Positions 39,701 through 50,210 are shown, numbered from the stretch's first letter. The stretch: 64,000 bases of DNA from Candidatus Sulfomarinibacteraceae bacterium (GCA_963796455.1 CAWCLO010000001.1:800001-864000), one strand, 5' to 3'. Notes: generated from the letters alone by a model not told the origin. Program-made: numbers and translations.

Positions 39701-41989
39701 GTTTCTCAGACGTTGCCCGTTGCCGAGATCAAAAAGCGTCAACGGGCCGTCTTCGATACAGGCGATCAAGGTGTCGTCCACCACGGTCATCGACCGACCC
39801 GGACGGGCCGACCCGCCGAGCTTGATTCGGTGGACCGCTTCATCGCTGGAGCGGTCCCAGACCACGGCATTCGAGTCGGCGCTTCGAACGACCGTCCAGC
39901 CTCCAGCCAGAGTCCGGATGGCCTGCACCGGAGCGGAGTGATTCATGACCTGTTCGATCCGGTGGCCCGGGAGATGGGCGGCCGCCGCGTCGTTCAAATC
40001 ATCGGGAAGATCCCGATCGATCGACTGCGCCGCCTCGAAGGCCTTTGATGCCACCTCTTCATCGCCGAGCCGCGAACAGCACTCGGCAAAACCAAGCAGA
40101 GCGGGCAGGTCCGACGGGCTTTCAACAACGACTGTCCGGATCAGTTCGCGGGCCTGGCTCAACTCTTTGCGCGAGCTGGTCGTTCGAGCAGAAGCGAGGA
40201 GGGCGAAACCCTTTTCCCTCCGTCCTGCAAGGGATTTGACCTCGGCCCGGCTCAGAGAGTCGACTGCGGCAAGCGCTCCCGACGGATCATCCAACAGCAA
40301 CCGGAGCCGAGCACGAAGGAGACCGGCCCGGGTCGCTCCGCCGGATGCTCGTTCTGCCTCGGACAGGCGCCGCTCGAGCTCGGCATCGGTGAGACCTTCC
40401 CGGCGCCATTCGAGGAGCCCGCTGTTAAAGGTGGCCTCGATGTGCCTGGGGTCGATTTCGAGCGCCTCGTGGAAACTCGCTTCAGCTCTTTCGGCGAGAC
40501 CCAGGGTGACGTATGAAGCGCCCCGGTTGTTGAGCGAATCGGCAAGGAGCTGCGTCCGCTTCGGCTCCGGTCGGGGATAGGGACGATCGGTCGCCTGTTC
40601 GTAGATCTCCACCAACCATCCCCGCAACAGGGCGAAGGAATGGGGTCTCCGACCGACATCTTTTGCGATACACGAACGAAGGAGCGCGGCCAACCGGGGC
40701 TCCAGGGAATCGTTGAAGGTTCGCGGATCAGGTGGATCTTCTCGCAGGTGCATCCTCATCCAGCCGCTGAGATGGGCCTCTCGGGTCCGCGAGACCGAAC
40801 TCGAACCCATCACGAAGGGCCGCCGACCGCAGAAGATCTCGTACAGCATGCAGCCATACGCATAGATATCAGTGGCGGTCGTGCCGCGCAGAGCCTGACG
40901 CCACAACTCGGGTGCCATATACGGAGGCGTGCCCACGAGACCACCCTCGATGGTCACGGTCTGCCAAGAACCGCTGACCACGCTGTCGCCGCTTCGACCT
41001 CCAAGAACGGGAGGAGACTTCATCTGCGACCGGAGACCACCCTCGCCCTCGTTTTCGATCCCCTCTGCGCGCACCAGACCAAAGTCGGTGACCCGCGCGA
41101 TTCCTTCCCTCGTGACCAGAACATTTGCCGGTTTGATGTCTCGGTGGACCAGACCCTGGTGTTCATTTCCGTCAGAATCGGTCCACGGAAAACTGTGGGT
41201 GTAGTCGAGACCGCTCGCAATCTGGATCGCAATATCAAGACGTTTCGGAAGATCGATTTCGGTTTCCCGTTTCAACCACTCGTTGAGGTCACCACCGTCG
41301 ACGTATTCGATAAACAACCTCGGCATACCGCCGATGTTCTGCAGGTAATAGGCGCAACATATGTTCGGATGGACACCGAGAGCGATCCACGATTCCGCCT
41401 CGCGTTGGAATCGTGCGCTGCCGTCGGCGGAAGCGAGGACCGAAGGAAGTGGGGTCTTGACCGCAACCATCCGTCTGAGCTCGCGGTCAAAGGCAATGGC
41501 CACCACCGCCATCCCACCACGTGCCAGGGCGCGAACCTCGTATCGCCCGTCGACAACGGTCCCTTCCTGCCAGCCCCGCCGCGCTTCGGGAATTCCCATC
41601 GTCCCGTAGCTGGCAGCCGATCCTTCAGCGGACTCGACGCGTTGGGTCACGCCCGACACGGCGGCTCGCGCGATTTCCGTGGCTACCGGTGAGGGGGACA
41701 ATTCGTGGGAGACCGTGTGGGCTTTGTCGAGTTCATCCAGGGTCCGCTGACGCCAGCCCTGAGCGGTCGTCGAAGAAGGATCCAATTTGAGGCAGGTGTC
41801 GAAGGCGCTGACCGCTTCGTCATATCGACCGAGATGAAAGAGGCAATAGCCCTGATTGAGCCATGAACGGCTGTGTTCCGGGAAGCGGTCACACCAGATC
41901 TCCAGCTTGGCCAGTGCTTCTTGCCAGCGCTCCGCGGAGAGCGCGGCGACGATCCCGCGCTTCAGCTCGTCGTTCCCGTGTTCATTCAC
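36779..41989 (-). CDS. Large Hanks-type Ser/Thr kinase with TPR, two WD40 blocks, a TM helix and C-terminal HEAT-like repeats
   Basis: VAVK, HRDIKPAN, DFG, GTPPYMAPE; many GH...D.T.R.W repeats; AAAAVIVILLAMM TM; DPRVRRNAVRAL. Confidence 0.88.
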   Translation of the reverse strand: MNEHGNDELKRGIVAALSAERWQEALAKLEIWCDRFPEHSRSWLNQGYCLFHLGRYDEAVSAFDTCLKLDPSSTTAQGWRQRTLDELDKAHTVSHELSPSPVATEIARAAVSGVTQRVESAEGSAASYGTMGIPEARRGWQEGTVVDGRYEVRALARGGMAVVAIAFDRELRRMVAVKTPLPSVLASADGSARFQREAESWIALGVHPNICCAYYLQNIGGMPRLFIEYVDGGDLNEWLKRETEIDLPKRLDIAIQIASGLDYTHSFPWTDSDGNEHQGLVHRDIKPANVLVTREGIARVTDFGLVRAEGIENEGEGGLRSQMKSPPVLGGRSGDSVVSGSWQTVTIEGGLVGTPPYMAPELWRQALRGTTATDIYAYGCMLYEIFCGRRPFVMGSSSVSRTREAHLSGWMRMHLREDPPDPRTFNDSLEPRLAALLRSCIAKDVGRRPHSFALLRGWLVEIYEQATDRPYPRPEPKRTQLLADSLNNRGASYVTLGLAERAEASFHEALEIDPRHIEATFNSGLLEWRREGLTDAELERRLSEAERASGGATRAGLLRARLRLLLDDPSGALAAVDSLSRAEVKSLAGRREKGFALLASARTTSSRKELSQARELIRTVVVESPSDLPALLGFAECCSRLGDEEVASKAFEAAQSIDRDLPDDLNDAAAAHLPGHRIEQVMNHSAPVQAIRTLAGGWTVVRSADSNAVVWDRSSDEAVHRIKLGGSARPGRSMTVVDDTLIACIEDGPLTLFDLGNGQRLRNLRTHPGVATCVEASPDGKVIASGGSDRCLRLWNLESGECERTLEGHEAFVSAIAFHPNEASICTASADGSIRVWNLDQGRCVHVLEGHRGPVRALALHPTGDWAVSGGQDGAVGIWDLKTGENIRYLRGLRGAVTAVTMIGSSIASGGEDGTIRIWDFESGEAQRVIRLANPIQDLVADADGNELLAAFGSSVCRIAMPEPRASRLPLVLADTAASGELAGRETEFQAFLEEARGLIENGRAESAIVPLRRAREVRGYELHEEALKLWNRVLAFFPKEAPRSVVELRRFGSGQVPMTACALTVDGAGCVAGCGDGTIRIFDAVSGAERIVVDAHKQGVTSVAVSADGQHFASAGRDHTVRVGQLSDGKKTHSFDGHEGTVQAVVFTPDGRAVISAGDDGTVRLWPLDDSLLPELLGSSQEGVSAIAASADGQYLVRGGWNSLVTVWSLRRRAELRRMEGHEGSVHAVAVSPDCRLTASSGEDGTVRLWDLEGGRCWRVLTGHDGPVLAIAFSPDARFLLSAGKDSTIRLWDARTGSAVWVVEGHAGPIADISIARDGGGALSAGSDSSLRLWFLDWEPELPERGSWDDRVLPFLKVFIRQREGENTNAPVPKWTEDQLKALLTDLERRGYGWLAPDRVERELEKLVRFRAESRTEERERTQQLAEKRQREERVAPAKQIIESATRNIGLKAAGAAAAVIVILLAMMSLRSPGGGPEFNRHQKELAIKVQGRGMMLTRGTAHAYQNRPSVGLAECGEGHFPDFVDLAVDTERIAPPEYEPGKAASEGFSSRYANAVNCVGTFGTVALNDRILQRAKQGLHSKRLEDLLGILVRIGADTDPRFADALNDNSETVRHITALALFYGVEKTGKDLLIAALESGEGRNVEAASSVLIELISSGKIAEGEAFELIEQFSRNIDPRVRRNAVRALILFENKGPARDVLNDALEDSDPEVVDVAERTKEMLRIGKANQVFG

Positions 41990-42152
41990 CCTTCAAGGAT
42001 AACCCGACAATTGCGGGTGTGACTCCATCGGACCGGGTATCTGTACCGGTCCGGATCCGGTCGCGGCAGATCCGGGACCGAGTCGGTCGACCGGGCATCA
42101 CGCCGAACAGCTGGTATTCTCCGTTCAGAATCTCGTCGGAGGGCCTGGAGAC

Positions 42153-44363
42153 ATGCGTTTCACGAGCAAACCACGATCAGTCGAGATCGACGGCACAGCG
42201 ATCCGATTCGCGCGCACCGAGGAGGGGGTCCTCCGCCTGTGGGCCGACAACGATGTCGGTCTTGCGACAGGTCTCGGTTTTGCCCATGCCCACGACCGGC
42301 TGGTTCAGATGGCCCTGGTCCGTCTCGTCGCACAGGGACGACTGAGCGAGTGTCTGAAGAGCAGCGACGAAACAGTGGCGATCGACACCTTCATGCGCGA
42401 GTTGGGTCTCGCCAACACCGCCGAGGCCGAGGCGCAAAGGATGGGGCCGCTCGGAAAAGAAATCGCCGATGCCTATGCCCTCGGAGTGAATCGTTACCTC
42501 GACGATCACAGGCGGCCACTCGAAATGGTAATGGCCGGCTACCGGCCCGAGCCGTGGGAAGCGCGCGACAGTCTTGCAACCATCAAATTGATGTCCTATG
42601 TCGGCCTCGCCCAGTCACAGCAGGATATGGAGAAGTTCGTCATCGAGTCCCTGCGGGGCGGCGTCGACATCACGCTGCTTCAGAAACTGTTGTCACCCCA
42701 TCTCGATGGGATCGATGCCGGTATCGTGGACCTGCTTCAGCAGTTGCGCCATGTCAGCTCCCTGGTCCCGGATGCCGTGCGATGGTTCCGAAGTCTCCCG
42801 ACGCTCATGGCGAGCAACAACTGGGTGGTCTCGGGTGAACGCACCGCCAGCGGAGCGCCCATCGCCTGCTGTGATCCCCACCTCGAATGCAACCGCCTAC
42901 CCGCGATCTGGTACGAAGCCGTCATGCACACCAGCGACGACTACCGAATCGGCATCACGATGCCGGGCCTGCCCGGTCTGGTCATGGGCCGAACCAGGCA
43001 ACTCAGTTTTGGTTTCACGTACGGGTTCATGGATCTCATCGACTATTTCGTTGAAGATTGCCGCGACGGCGCCTCTCGTCGCGGCCACGATTTCCGTCCT
43101 TTCGATGTTCGACAAGAAACGATCCTTCGCAAGGACGAAGATCCGATCGTCCTGACGATCAGGGAATCCGACCTCGGGGTCCTCGAGGCCGATCCCCACA
43201 CTGCGGAACTCGAAGACGGCTATTACCTCACCCGAGCCTGGTCTTCCCACCGCGACGGTAGTGCCGCATCTCTGGAAGCTCTGGCCGCCCTGCCTCACGC
43301 CGAGGACGTTCAGCGGGCCCAGGAAGTGGTTCGCGAAGTCGCGATCTCTGCCAACTGGCTACTCGCCGATCGAAGCGGCAACATCGGATACCAACAATCG
43401 GGGCTTCTCCCGAATCGTTGCCATTCCGGTCTCTTCCCGATTCCGGCGTGGGACGCCGCAAATCGCTGGCGCGGCACCGTGGCAGCCGATCGCCTGAACT
43501 CGAAGATCAATCCGCCCGAGGGCTATCTCTTCACCGCCAACAACGATCTGAATCCCGATCACGGGCCGCTGACCATCAACCTTTGCATGGGGCCTTATCG
43601 CGCCGACCGAATCCGCGACATGCTCGAGGCAAGCGATGTGTGCACCGTCGACAGGATGCAAGCCATGCAGGGAGATCTCTACTCGCTCCAGGCCGAACGT
43701 TTCATGGAGATGTTCCGGCCCTACCTGCCCGAGACCTTTGCCGGCCGCGTGCTCGCCCGCTGGGATTGCCGATACGACATCGGGTCCCGCGCTGCAACTC
43801 TCTTTGAAAAGATCTATGAAAGCTTGTTGACCGAGGTTTTCGCAAAGGTATTCGGTGACGAGGTGTGGCAGAGGCTGATGTCATCGACCGCCCTCGTTGC
43901 CGACTATTACGACCTCTTCGACACCGTCCTTTTCGGTAACGACGAGTCGTGGTTTCCAATGGAGAGCAAGGACGAAGTTCTACGGAGGGTAGTTACTGAA
44001 GTCTTGACCGAGGTCGACCCCGTTGCCATCCTGCCGTGGGGCGTGCGCCAACAGGTCATCATGGAAAACGTCTTTTTCAAAGGTCGGCTGCCGATGTTTC
44101 TCGGTTTCGATCACGGACCGATCCAACTACCCGGCAACCGAGCCACCATCACCCAGGGCGGCGTTTTCGAGTCCCATGACCGACTGACCACCTTTACTCC
44201 GTCGTGGCGCTTTGTCACCGATCTCGGTGGGGACCGGGCATGGACTGCCCTCGCCGGAGGCCCGTCCGGACGGCGCTTCTCGAAGTGGTACACCACCGAT
44301 GTGGAACGCTGGTTGAGGTGTGAGTACAAGGTGCTCAAGGCGGAACCGGAATCGAAAGCGTGA
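42153..44363 (+). CDS. Penicillin acylase family (Ntn hydrolase)
   Basis: GFAHAHDRL.QM, ASNNWVVSG.RT.SG.PI...DPHL, TANN, GGPSG. Confidence 0.92.
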   Translation: MRFTSKPRSVEIDGTAIRFARTEEGVLRLWADNDVGLATGLGFAHAHDRLVQMALVRLVAQGRLSECLKSSDETVAIDTFMRELGLANTAEAEAQRMGPLGKEIADAYALGVNRYLDDHRRPLEMVMAGYRPEPWEARDSLATIKLMSYVGLAQSQQDMEKFVIESLRGGVDITLLQKLLSPHLDGIDAGIVDLLQQLRHVSSLVPDAVRWFRSLPTLMASNNWVVSGERTASGAPIACCDPHLECNRLPAIWYEAVMHTSDDYRIGITMPGLPGLVMGRTRQLSFGFTYGFMDLIDYFVEDCRDGASRRGHDFRPFDVRQETILRKDEDPIVLTIRESDLGVLEADPHTAELEDGYYLTRAWSSHRDGSAASLEALAALPHAEDVQRAQEVVREVAISANWLLADRSGNIGYQQSGLLPNRCHSGLFPIPAWDAANRWRGTVAADRLNSKINPPEGYLFTANNDLNPDHGPLTINLCMGPYRADRIRDMLEASDVCTVDRMQAMQGDLYSLQAERFMEMFRPYLPETFAGRVLARWDCRYDIGSRAATLFEKIYESLLTEVFAKVFGDEVWQRLMSSTALVADYYDLFDTVLFGNDESWFPMESKDEVLRRVVTEVLTEVDPVAILPWGVRQQVIMENVFFKGRLPMFLGFDHGPIQLPGNRATITQGGVFESHDRLTTFTPSWRFVTDLGGDRAWTALAGGPSGRRFSKWYTTDVERWLRCEYKVLKAEPESKA

Positions 44364-44850
44364 TCCATCCCCGACATGGCGGAGGGGCAGAGGGGCAAGG
44401 GGGCGGAGGGACAGAGGACCCGCTCGGCATCCTCGCTATCGCTATCGAACGGCTGCGGTGGAAACCATTCCAGAAAGGGAGAAAGGGAGAAGGGGGGAAA
44501 GGGACAACCACCCGGCCCTGATTTCATGCGTGCGCGAATGTCGCCTCCCGATGTCATCCTGAGCGGAGCCCCGCCTTGTCACGGCGTAGCCTGAAAGGCG
44601 AAGCCGGAAGGGGCGTAGTCGAAGGATCTATGAGATGAAACGAATTGACTTCGGTCGTCCACCGGCTACTCGTGCCTTTGAACAACCCCGGGATGGCCCC
44701 ACCGTCACGGCACCTGATCGCTGCCGCTGATCGCTGTCCCCCGTCGCTGCTCCCTGCCCCTGTCGCTGTCGCTGGACACTGTCGCTGCCGCTGACGCTGT
44801 ATTACGGACTCGGACACGGGGCAGCCGCGAACCGGAAATTCTAAGAACCA
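44362..44850. repeat. Composite modular repeat; inverted partner of 53685-54077
   Basis: About 400 bp collinear similarity to the reverse complement of 53685-54077. The right part also matches 12084-12295. Confidence 0.9.
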
Positions 44851-44878
44851 GTCCCAAAAACTCCTGTTGTTGAATCGG

Positions 44879-47800
44879 CTAATTCACCAACTCGGCGGAA
44901 TTTCCGTTTGGCGGTTGTGTCGGAGGCGGGCTGGTTTTTGCGGTGCCATTGCGGGTTGCGGTGTCGAATTCGTATTCGCACCAACCACGACCGAGCAGTT
45001 TCTTCAATCCGTCGCGAGCCGCCGTTCCCGGGTCGACGGTCAAGGCAGGAGGCGGAACCAGCCGCGCCCGGAAGCGACCGCGGCGAATCAGCTCGAAGCG
45101 CACCGGCAGTTCGCCGGGATGCTCCAGCAGGTACTCACGGATCTCACCCACACGAGCCTCATCGATTTCATCCAGATCGAGCGCAACTCTCAGCGCGGCG
45201 GCTCGCCGTGAATCGATGCCCTCCAGGTTCACGACTTCCTCCGCCATCAGCTCCACATGGTCTCCGTCGCCCTTGAGCGAAGCCACCACCATGACCGGCG
45301 CGCCATCATCGAGCAGGCGCTCATAGGTTTCAAAAACATCGGGGAAGGCCACTACCCGCACCGTGTCAGCCGGGTCTTCCAACTGAAACACCGCCATCCG
45401 GCGACCCTGATTCCGACCCTCCTTGCGGATCGGCACGACTTTGAGCGCCGTCACGAGACCGCCGATAGTCACCCGTTCGGCACCGGCTGCGAAGCGATCG
45501 CCGAGTTCCTCCATCGTGCAGTCTGCATATCGCCCGAGTTGATCCGCGTAGGCCGCCAAAGGATGTCCGGTGAGGTAAAAACCGAGCACATCACGCTCCC
45601 ACGAAAGGCGCTCGGATTGTTCCGCGGCCCCGGCTCCGCGCAGTTCTTCTTCCAGGCTCTCCGAAGGCATGTCGTCAAAAAGAAACCCCTGGCCCAGCTC
45701 TCGCTGTTCGCGCTCACGGGAGGTCATGTCGAGCATTTGACTGAGATGGTCGAGAATACCCTTGCGGCTGATGCCGAATTGGTCGAAGGTACCTGCCTTC
45801 GTGAGGCCCTCGAGCGCCTTTTGATTCATCGAACGAGGCGGCACCGAACGCAGGCAATGGGCCAGGGAATCGAATCTCCCCTCCTGTTCGCGCGCCCCGA
45901 GCAACGGCTCGACCGCCGCCAGACCGACGCCCTTGATCGCCGCCAGGCCAAATCGAATCCCCGTCCCCTCGACGGCAAAGAACGGCATCGAGGCATTGAT
46001 GTCCGGCGGCAGGATCTCGATCCCCATCTGCCGTGACCGCACCAGGTATTGACGGAGCTTGTCCGTATTTGCAACCTCCGATGTGAGCATCGCGGCCATG
46101 AAGTGCGCCGGATAATGAGTCTTCAAATAGGCCGTCAGATATGCAACATGGGCGTAGGCCACGGAATGCGATTTATTGAAGCCATATTTCGCAAAAGGAA
46201 CAATCTGTTCCCACAGCTTGCGCGCCTTGTCCTTCGGGTGTCCGTTGGCCACCGCGCCATTGATGAAATTTTCACCTTCGCGATCAATGATCTCCTGTTT
46301 CTTTTTACCCATCGCCTTACGGAGGGTGTCTGCCTTGGCAAGAGAGAAACCGGCGATCTCCACCGCGATCCGCATCACCTGTTCCTGGTAAACGATGATT
46401 CCGTGGGTCTCACCCAGAATGTCCTCGAGTTCGGGGAAAATATAGTTGAAGGTCTTGCGTCCTTGTTTGCGATCCGCATAGTCGTCGATGAATTGCATCG
46501 GTCCGGGCCGGTACAAGGCATTGAGGGCCGCAATATCCAGAAACACCCGCGGCTGTACCTTGCGCAGAACATCCTTCATTCCGGAGGACTCGAACTGGAA
46601 AATCCCATCGGTGTTGCCATCCGAGAAGAGCTCATAGACACCGGGATCATCAAAGGGAATCTCCGTCAGGTCGAGATCCGGGTTCTCCGTGCTCCGGATC
46701 GATTTGACCGCGTCATCGATGACGGTCAGGGTTCTCAGACCGAGAAAATCCATTTTGAGGAGGCCGAGGGTCTCCACGTCGTCCTTGTCGAACTGCGTCG
46801 TCACCTCGCCGTGGGACGAACGAACCAGCGGCATCAGTTCAACGAGCGGCTTCGGGGCAATCACAACCCCCGCCGCGTGCACGCCACAGTGCCGCGCCAA
46901 TCCCTCGAGACGGCCGGCCGTTTCGATCAACAGGGCCACGTCCTCGTCGGTTTTGACCAGTTCGTTCAGTTCCTGAGAGTCTTCCAGGGCTCGCGCGATG
47001 GTGATTCCGAGCTCGTCAGGAATGAGTTTTGCGATCCGATCCACATCACCGAAGGGCATCCCCATGACGCGCCCCACATCGCGAACCGCAGATTTCGCTT
47101 TGAGGATATTGAAGGTCGCGATCTGTGAAACCGAGTCCTCGCCATAGAGAACCCGCACATATTCGATGACTTCATCACGCCGCCGTTGACAGAAATCAAT
47201 ATCGATATCCGGCATTGAAATCCGCTCGGGGTTAAGAAATCTCTCGAAGAGGAGATCGAATTCCAAAGGGTCAATATCTGTAATTCCGAGAGAGTAGGAC
47301 ACGAGAGACCCGGCGGCGGAACCGCGACCGGGACCAACCGGTATACCCTCATCTCTTGCGTGTCGGATGAAATCCCAAACAATCAAGAAATAACCTGGGA
47401 ATCCCATCTTCCGAATAATGTCGAGTTCCACTTCGAGTCGCTGTTCATACTCATCAATCGAATGTCTTCGTTCCACGGCCGTAGACAATCGATTCTTGAG
47501 CCCATTCTGCGATTGTTCAGCGAGAAACGCCTCTAAATTCGAACCATCTGGAACCGCAAATTGTGGAAGATGGAGAGTGTCCGTATCGAATCGAACATGA
47601 CACCGGGCGGCGATCTCTGCCGTTCGCTCGCAGGCGCCGGGAAAGTCGGCAAAGAGCTCGTACATCTCCTCCGGAGACTTGACATAAAACTCAGCATTGT
47701 AGGGAGAACTCTGTTGCAGTTCCTCGAGATCCCGGTTGAGTCCGATGCCAAGCAACACGCGGTGGGCAAAAAGATCTTCCTTCTTGTGGAAGTGACAGTC

Positions 47801-48439
47801 ATTGGTCGCCACCAACGGAATTCCGCTTTGATCCGAGAGCTCTTTCATGCCTTCGCGCACGAATTCTTCATCGGCGAGGCCGTGATTCTGGATCTCGAGA
47901 AAAAAGTTTCCGTCGCCCAGGATTTCGCGATAGGTCTCAGCGGCATTTCTTGCCCCGTCAGCATCGCGGCTCAACAGAAGGCGCGAGACTTCACCTGACA
48001 GACAGGCTGACAAACCGATGAGACCCTCGGCGTTTTCTGCAAGGATGGCTTTTGATATCCGCGGCTTGTGGTAAAAACCCTCGAGATAACCTTCGCTCAC
48101 AAGACGCACAAGGTTGCGGTATCCACGGTCGTTCTCCGCCAGCAGAACCAGATGATCGTAGGGCCTGCGCCGCCCAGGCACCGGAGACTTTTCACGGTGA
48201 TCCTCCGGCGCGACATAAACCTCGCATCCGATCACCGGACGGACACCCGCTTTGATGGCCGCACGGTGAAACTGAAAGGCGCCAAAAAGATTGCCGTGAT
48301 CGGTGACCGCAACGGCCGGCATTCCGAGCTGAGCAACCTGCTCCGCGAGGTCTGGAATTCGGATCGCAGCATCAAGCAGGGAGTAGTGGCTGTGCAGATG
48401 CAAATGGACAAAAGGAGGCGGATCAGGACGTCGGGTCAT
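44879..48439 (-). CDS. dnaE: DNA polymerase III subunit alpha
   Basis: PHP domain HLHLHSHYSLLD, GRGSAAGS, MPDIDIDF, KMDFLGL, YGFNKSH, C-terminal OB fold. Confidence 0.98.
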   Translation of the reverse strand: MTRRPDPPPFVHLHLHSHYSLLDAAIRIPDLAEQVAQLGMPAVAVTDHGNLFGAFQFHRAAIKAGVRPVIGCEVYVAPEDHREKSPVPGRRRPYDHLVLLAENDRGYRNLVRLVSEGYLEGFYHKPRISKAILAENAEGLIGLSACLSGEVSRLLLSRDADGARNAAETYREILGDGNFFLEIQNHGLADEEFVREGMKELSDQSGIPLVATNDCHFHKKEDLFAHRVLLGIGLNRDLEELQQSSPYNAEFYVKSPEEMYELFADFPGACERTAEIAARCHVRFDTDTLHLPQFAVPDGSNLEAFLAEQSQNGLKNRLSTAVERRHSIDEYEQRLEVELDIIRKMGFPGYFLIVWDFIRHARDEGIPVGPGRGSAAGSLVSYSLGITDIDPLEFDLLFERFLNPERISMPDIDIDFCQRRRDEVIEYVRVLYGEDSVSQIATFNILKAKSAVRDVGRVMGMPFGDVDRIAKLIPDELGITIARALEDSQELNELVKTDEDVALLIETAGRLEGLARHCGVHAAGVVIAPKPLVELMPLVRSSHGEVTTQFDKDDVETLGLLKMDFLGLRTLTVIDDAVKSIRSTENPDLDLTEIPFDDPGVYELFSDGNTDGIFQFESSGMKDVLRKVQPRVFLDIAALNALYRPGPMQFIDDYADRKQGRKTFNYIFPELEDILGETHGIIVYQEQVMRIAVEIAGFSLAKADTLRKAMGKKKQEIIDREGENFINGAVANGHPKDKARKLWEQIVPFAKYGFNKSHSVAYAHVAYLTAYLKTHYPAHFMAAMLTSEVANTDKLRQYLVRSRQMGIEILPPDINASMPFFAVEGTGIRFGLAAIKGVGLAAVEPLLGAREQEGRFDSLAHCLRSVPPRSMNQKALEGLTKAGTFDQFGISRKGILDHLSQMLDMTSREREQRELGQGFLFDDMPSESLEEELRGAGAAEQSERLSWERDVLGFYLTGHPLAAYADQLGRYADCTMEELGDRFAAGAERVTIGGLVTALKVVPIRKEGRNQGRRMAVFQLEDPADTVRVVAFPDVFETYERLLDDGAPVMVVASLKGDGDHVELMAEEVVNLEGIDSRRAAALRVALDLDEIDEARVGEIREYLLEHPGELPVRFELIRRGRFRARLVPPPALTVDPGTAARDGLKKLLGRGWCEYEFDTATRNGTAKTSPPPTQPPNGNSAELVN

Positions 48440-48748
48440 GCCGCCATCATACCCTTATCACCACCGGGTTCCAGATGCGATCTTCGCCTGCTCGCGGCCT
48501 CAATCGACGGGCTGCTCGCGGGCGCCGATTTTTGTTGCATCTGTGGTTCAAAACTCTGCGAATGATCTCGGAACATCCGGTTGTGCAAATACTTCCACAG
48601 AAAAACTCTGAGCCATTTCTGTCAAAAACTTTGATTCATCCCAACCAAATTACCAATAGATGAACTCAAGTTTCGAATATTCCAAAACCAAAACAAAGCA
48701 AAATTCTTGACAAAAATCACACAATAACGCAACCTGAGAAAGATAGAA

Positions 48749-49084
48749 ATGAAGTCACTTGGTCTATTTCGTCGCGAATCTACTTTTCTTCCGCGGGATG
48801 AAGAATCTCAAATTCGTGTCTACAGATCGCACGCCGCACGCGCAATTTCTGAGGAAAGATGGGAAGTTGCAGAGATCTTTCTTGATCGCATTCTCAATGT
48901 AGATCCAAGGCATACTGAGGCGTGGCTGATGAAGGGACATCTCAGGCAACATTGTCGAGAAGATGAGCGAACTGCTGTCGACTGTTACCGAAAAGTGATC
49001 AACCTTTGTGGCCCGGAAGCCACTCACCCCCACGCAAAAAGAGCACGAACTTCACTGAGTCGTCTATTGTCCATTTGGGGCTGA
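48749..49084 (+). CDS. Small TPR-like protein
   Basis: ILNVDPRHTEAWLMKG...AVDCYRKVI; AT-rich upstream region with TTGACA at 48707. Confidence 0.7.
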   Translation: MKSLGLFRRESTFLPRDEESQIRVYRSHAARAISEERWEVAEIFLDRILNVDPRHTEAWLMKGHLRQHCREDERTAVDCYRKVINLCGPEATHPHAKRARTSLSRLLSIWG

Positions 49085-49202
49085 AAAATCGATCCTTGGC
49101 CTGTGCTCCCCTTCCAGGCCCTCCAAACCAGCCTGACACGAGATCCCGCAGAGACGGGCGGAGCCCGGGCGGAACTCGTCATCGCCGTGTTATCCTGCGC
49201 CG

Positions 49203-50210
49203 ATGAAAGCGACGGTGAGCTCCCTACGCCAAGCTCGTCAGATCCGGCAGGTCTTCGGCCCTGTTCTCGAGCGTCTCCAAGACGTCGAACTGTTCTTCCA
49301 ACGCGAATTCGATCGAGCCGAACCGATGGTACGGGACGTCGCCACATATGTTTTGGGAAGCGGGGGCAAACGTCTCCGGCCGGCCCTGGTCCTCCTGGTC
49401 AGCCGAATGCTTGGATACAACGGCGAACGCGACGTCCGTTACGGCGCCGTCCTCGAGATGATTCACACCGCGACCTTGATTCACGACGACATCATCGATG
49501 AGAGTGATTTGCGCCGCGGTCGACCAACCGCCAACAGCTCCTGGGGCAACCAGTCCACCGTTTTGGTCGGCGACTGGCTTTACACGAGAACGATGGATCT
49601 GTGCCTCGAACTGGGAGATGTGGACGTGATGCGCGTGTTGACCTCCGCCACTCTTCGTATGACCGAGGGCGAAATCCTCGCGGACCAGAGTCGGGGCCGA
49701 CTCGATATCGACGAACCGACCTATATGGACATCACGCAACGAAAAACGGCGGAGTTGTTTGCGGCGGCTTGCGCCATCCCGGCCCTTTTTCAGCCTTCGA
49801 CCCTGCACCTGACCGAGCCACTGCAGGAATTCGGCCGCAACCTCGGCATCTCGTTCCAACTCGTGGATGACCTCCTGGATTTCACCGCAGCCAGAGCAGA
49901 TCTCGGTAAACCGGTCATGGCGGATCTTCGAGAGGGTCGCGCGACCCTGCCAATCATTCTCCTTCTGCCTCGGCTCGACAGCGAGAGACGGCGGTGTCTC
50001 GAGCAGGTGGTCGCGAGCGGCCGTTTTGACGCGATCTCTGAGACCGAGGTCCTGGAGATGGTTCGCACCTCTGGAGCCCTCGATGAGGTCCGGACTCGTG
50101 CCCACGCCTATGCAGACAGAGCCGTCCAACAGGCGTTGAGGTTTCCCGACGGCGTCGAGAAGGACGCCCTTGTTCGGGCCAGCCAGATGCTGATCGACCG
50201 CGGCGTCTGA
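49203..50210 (+). CDS. Polyprenyl diphosphate synthase (IspB/HepT-like)
   Basis: GGKRLRP, LIHDDIID...RRG, KTA, FQLVDDLLD. Confidence 0.95.
   Translation: MKATVSSLRQARQIRQVFGPVLERLQDVELFFQREFDRAEPMVRDVATYVLGSGGKRLRPALVLLVSRMLGYNGERDVRYGAVLEMIHTATLIHDDIIDESDLRRGRPTANSSWGNQSTVLVGDWLYTRTMDLCLELGDVDVMRVLTSATLRMTEGEILADQSRGRLDIDEPTYMDITQRKTAELFAAACAIPALFQPSTLHLTEPLQEFGRNLGISFQLVDDLLDFTAARADLGKPVMADLREGRATLPIILLLPRLDSERRRCLEQVVASGRFDAISETEVLEMVRTSGALDEVRTRAHAYADRAVQQALRFPDGVEKDALVRASQMLIDRGV

Noticed and set aside
44879..48439. Intein in DnaE or an error-prone DnaE2
   Set aside because: Normal length, no intein splice motifs seen, PHP motif intact and no imuAB neighbours.
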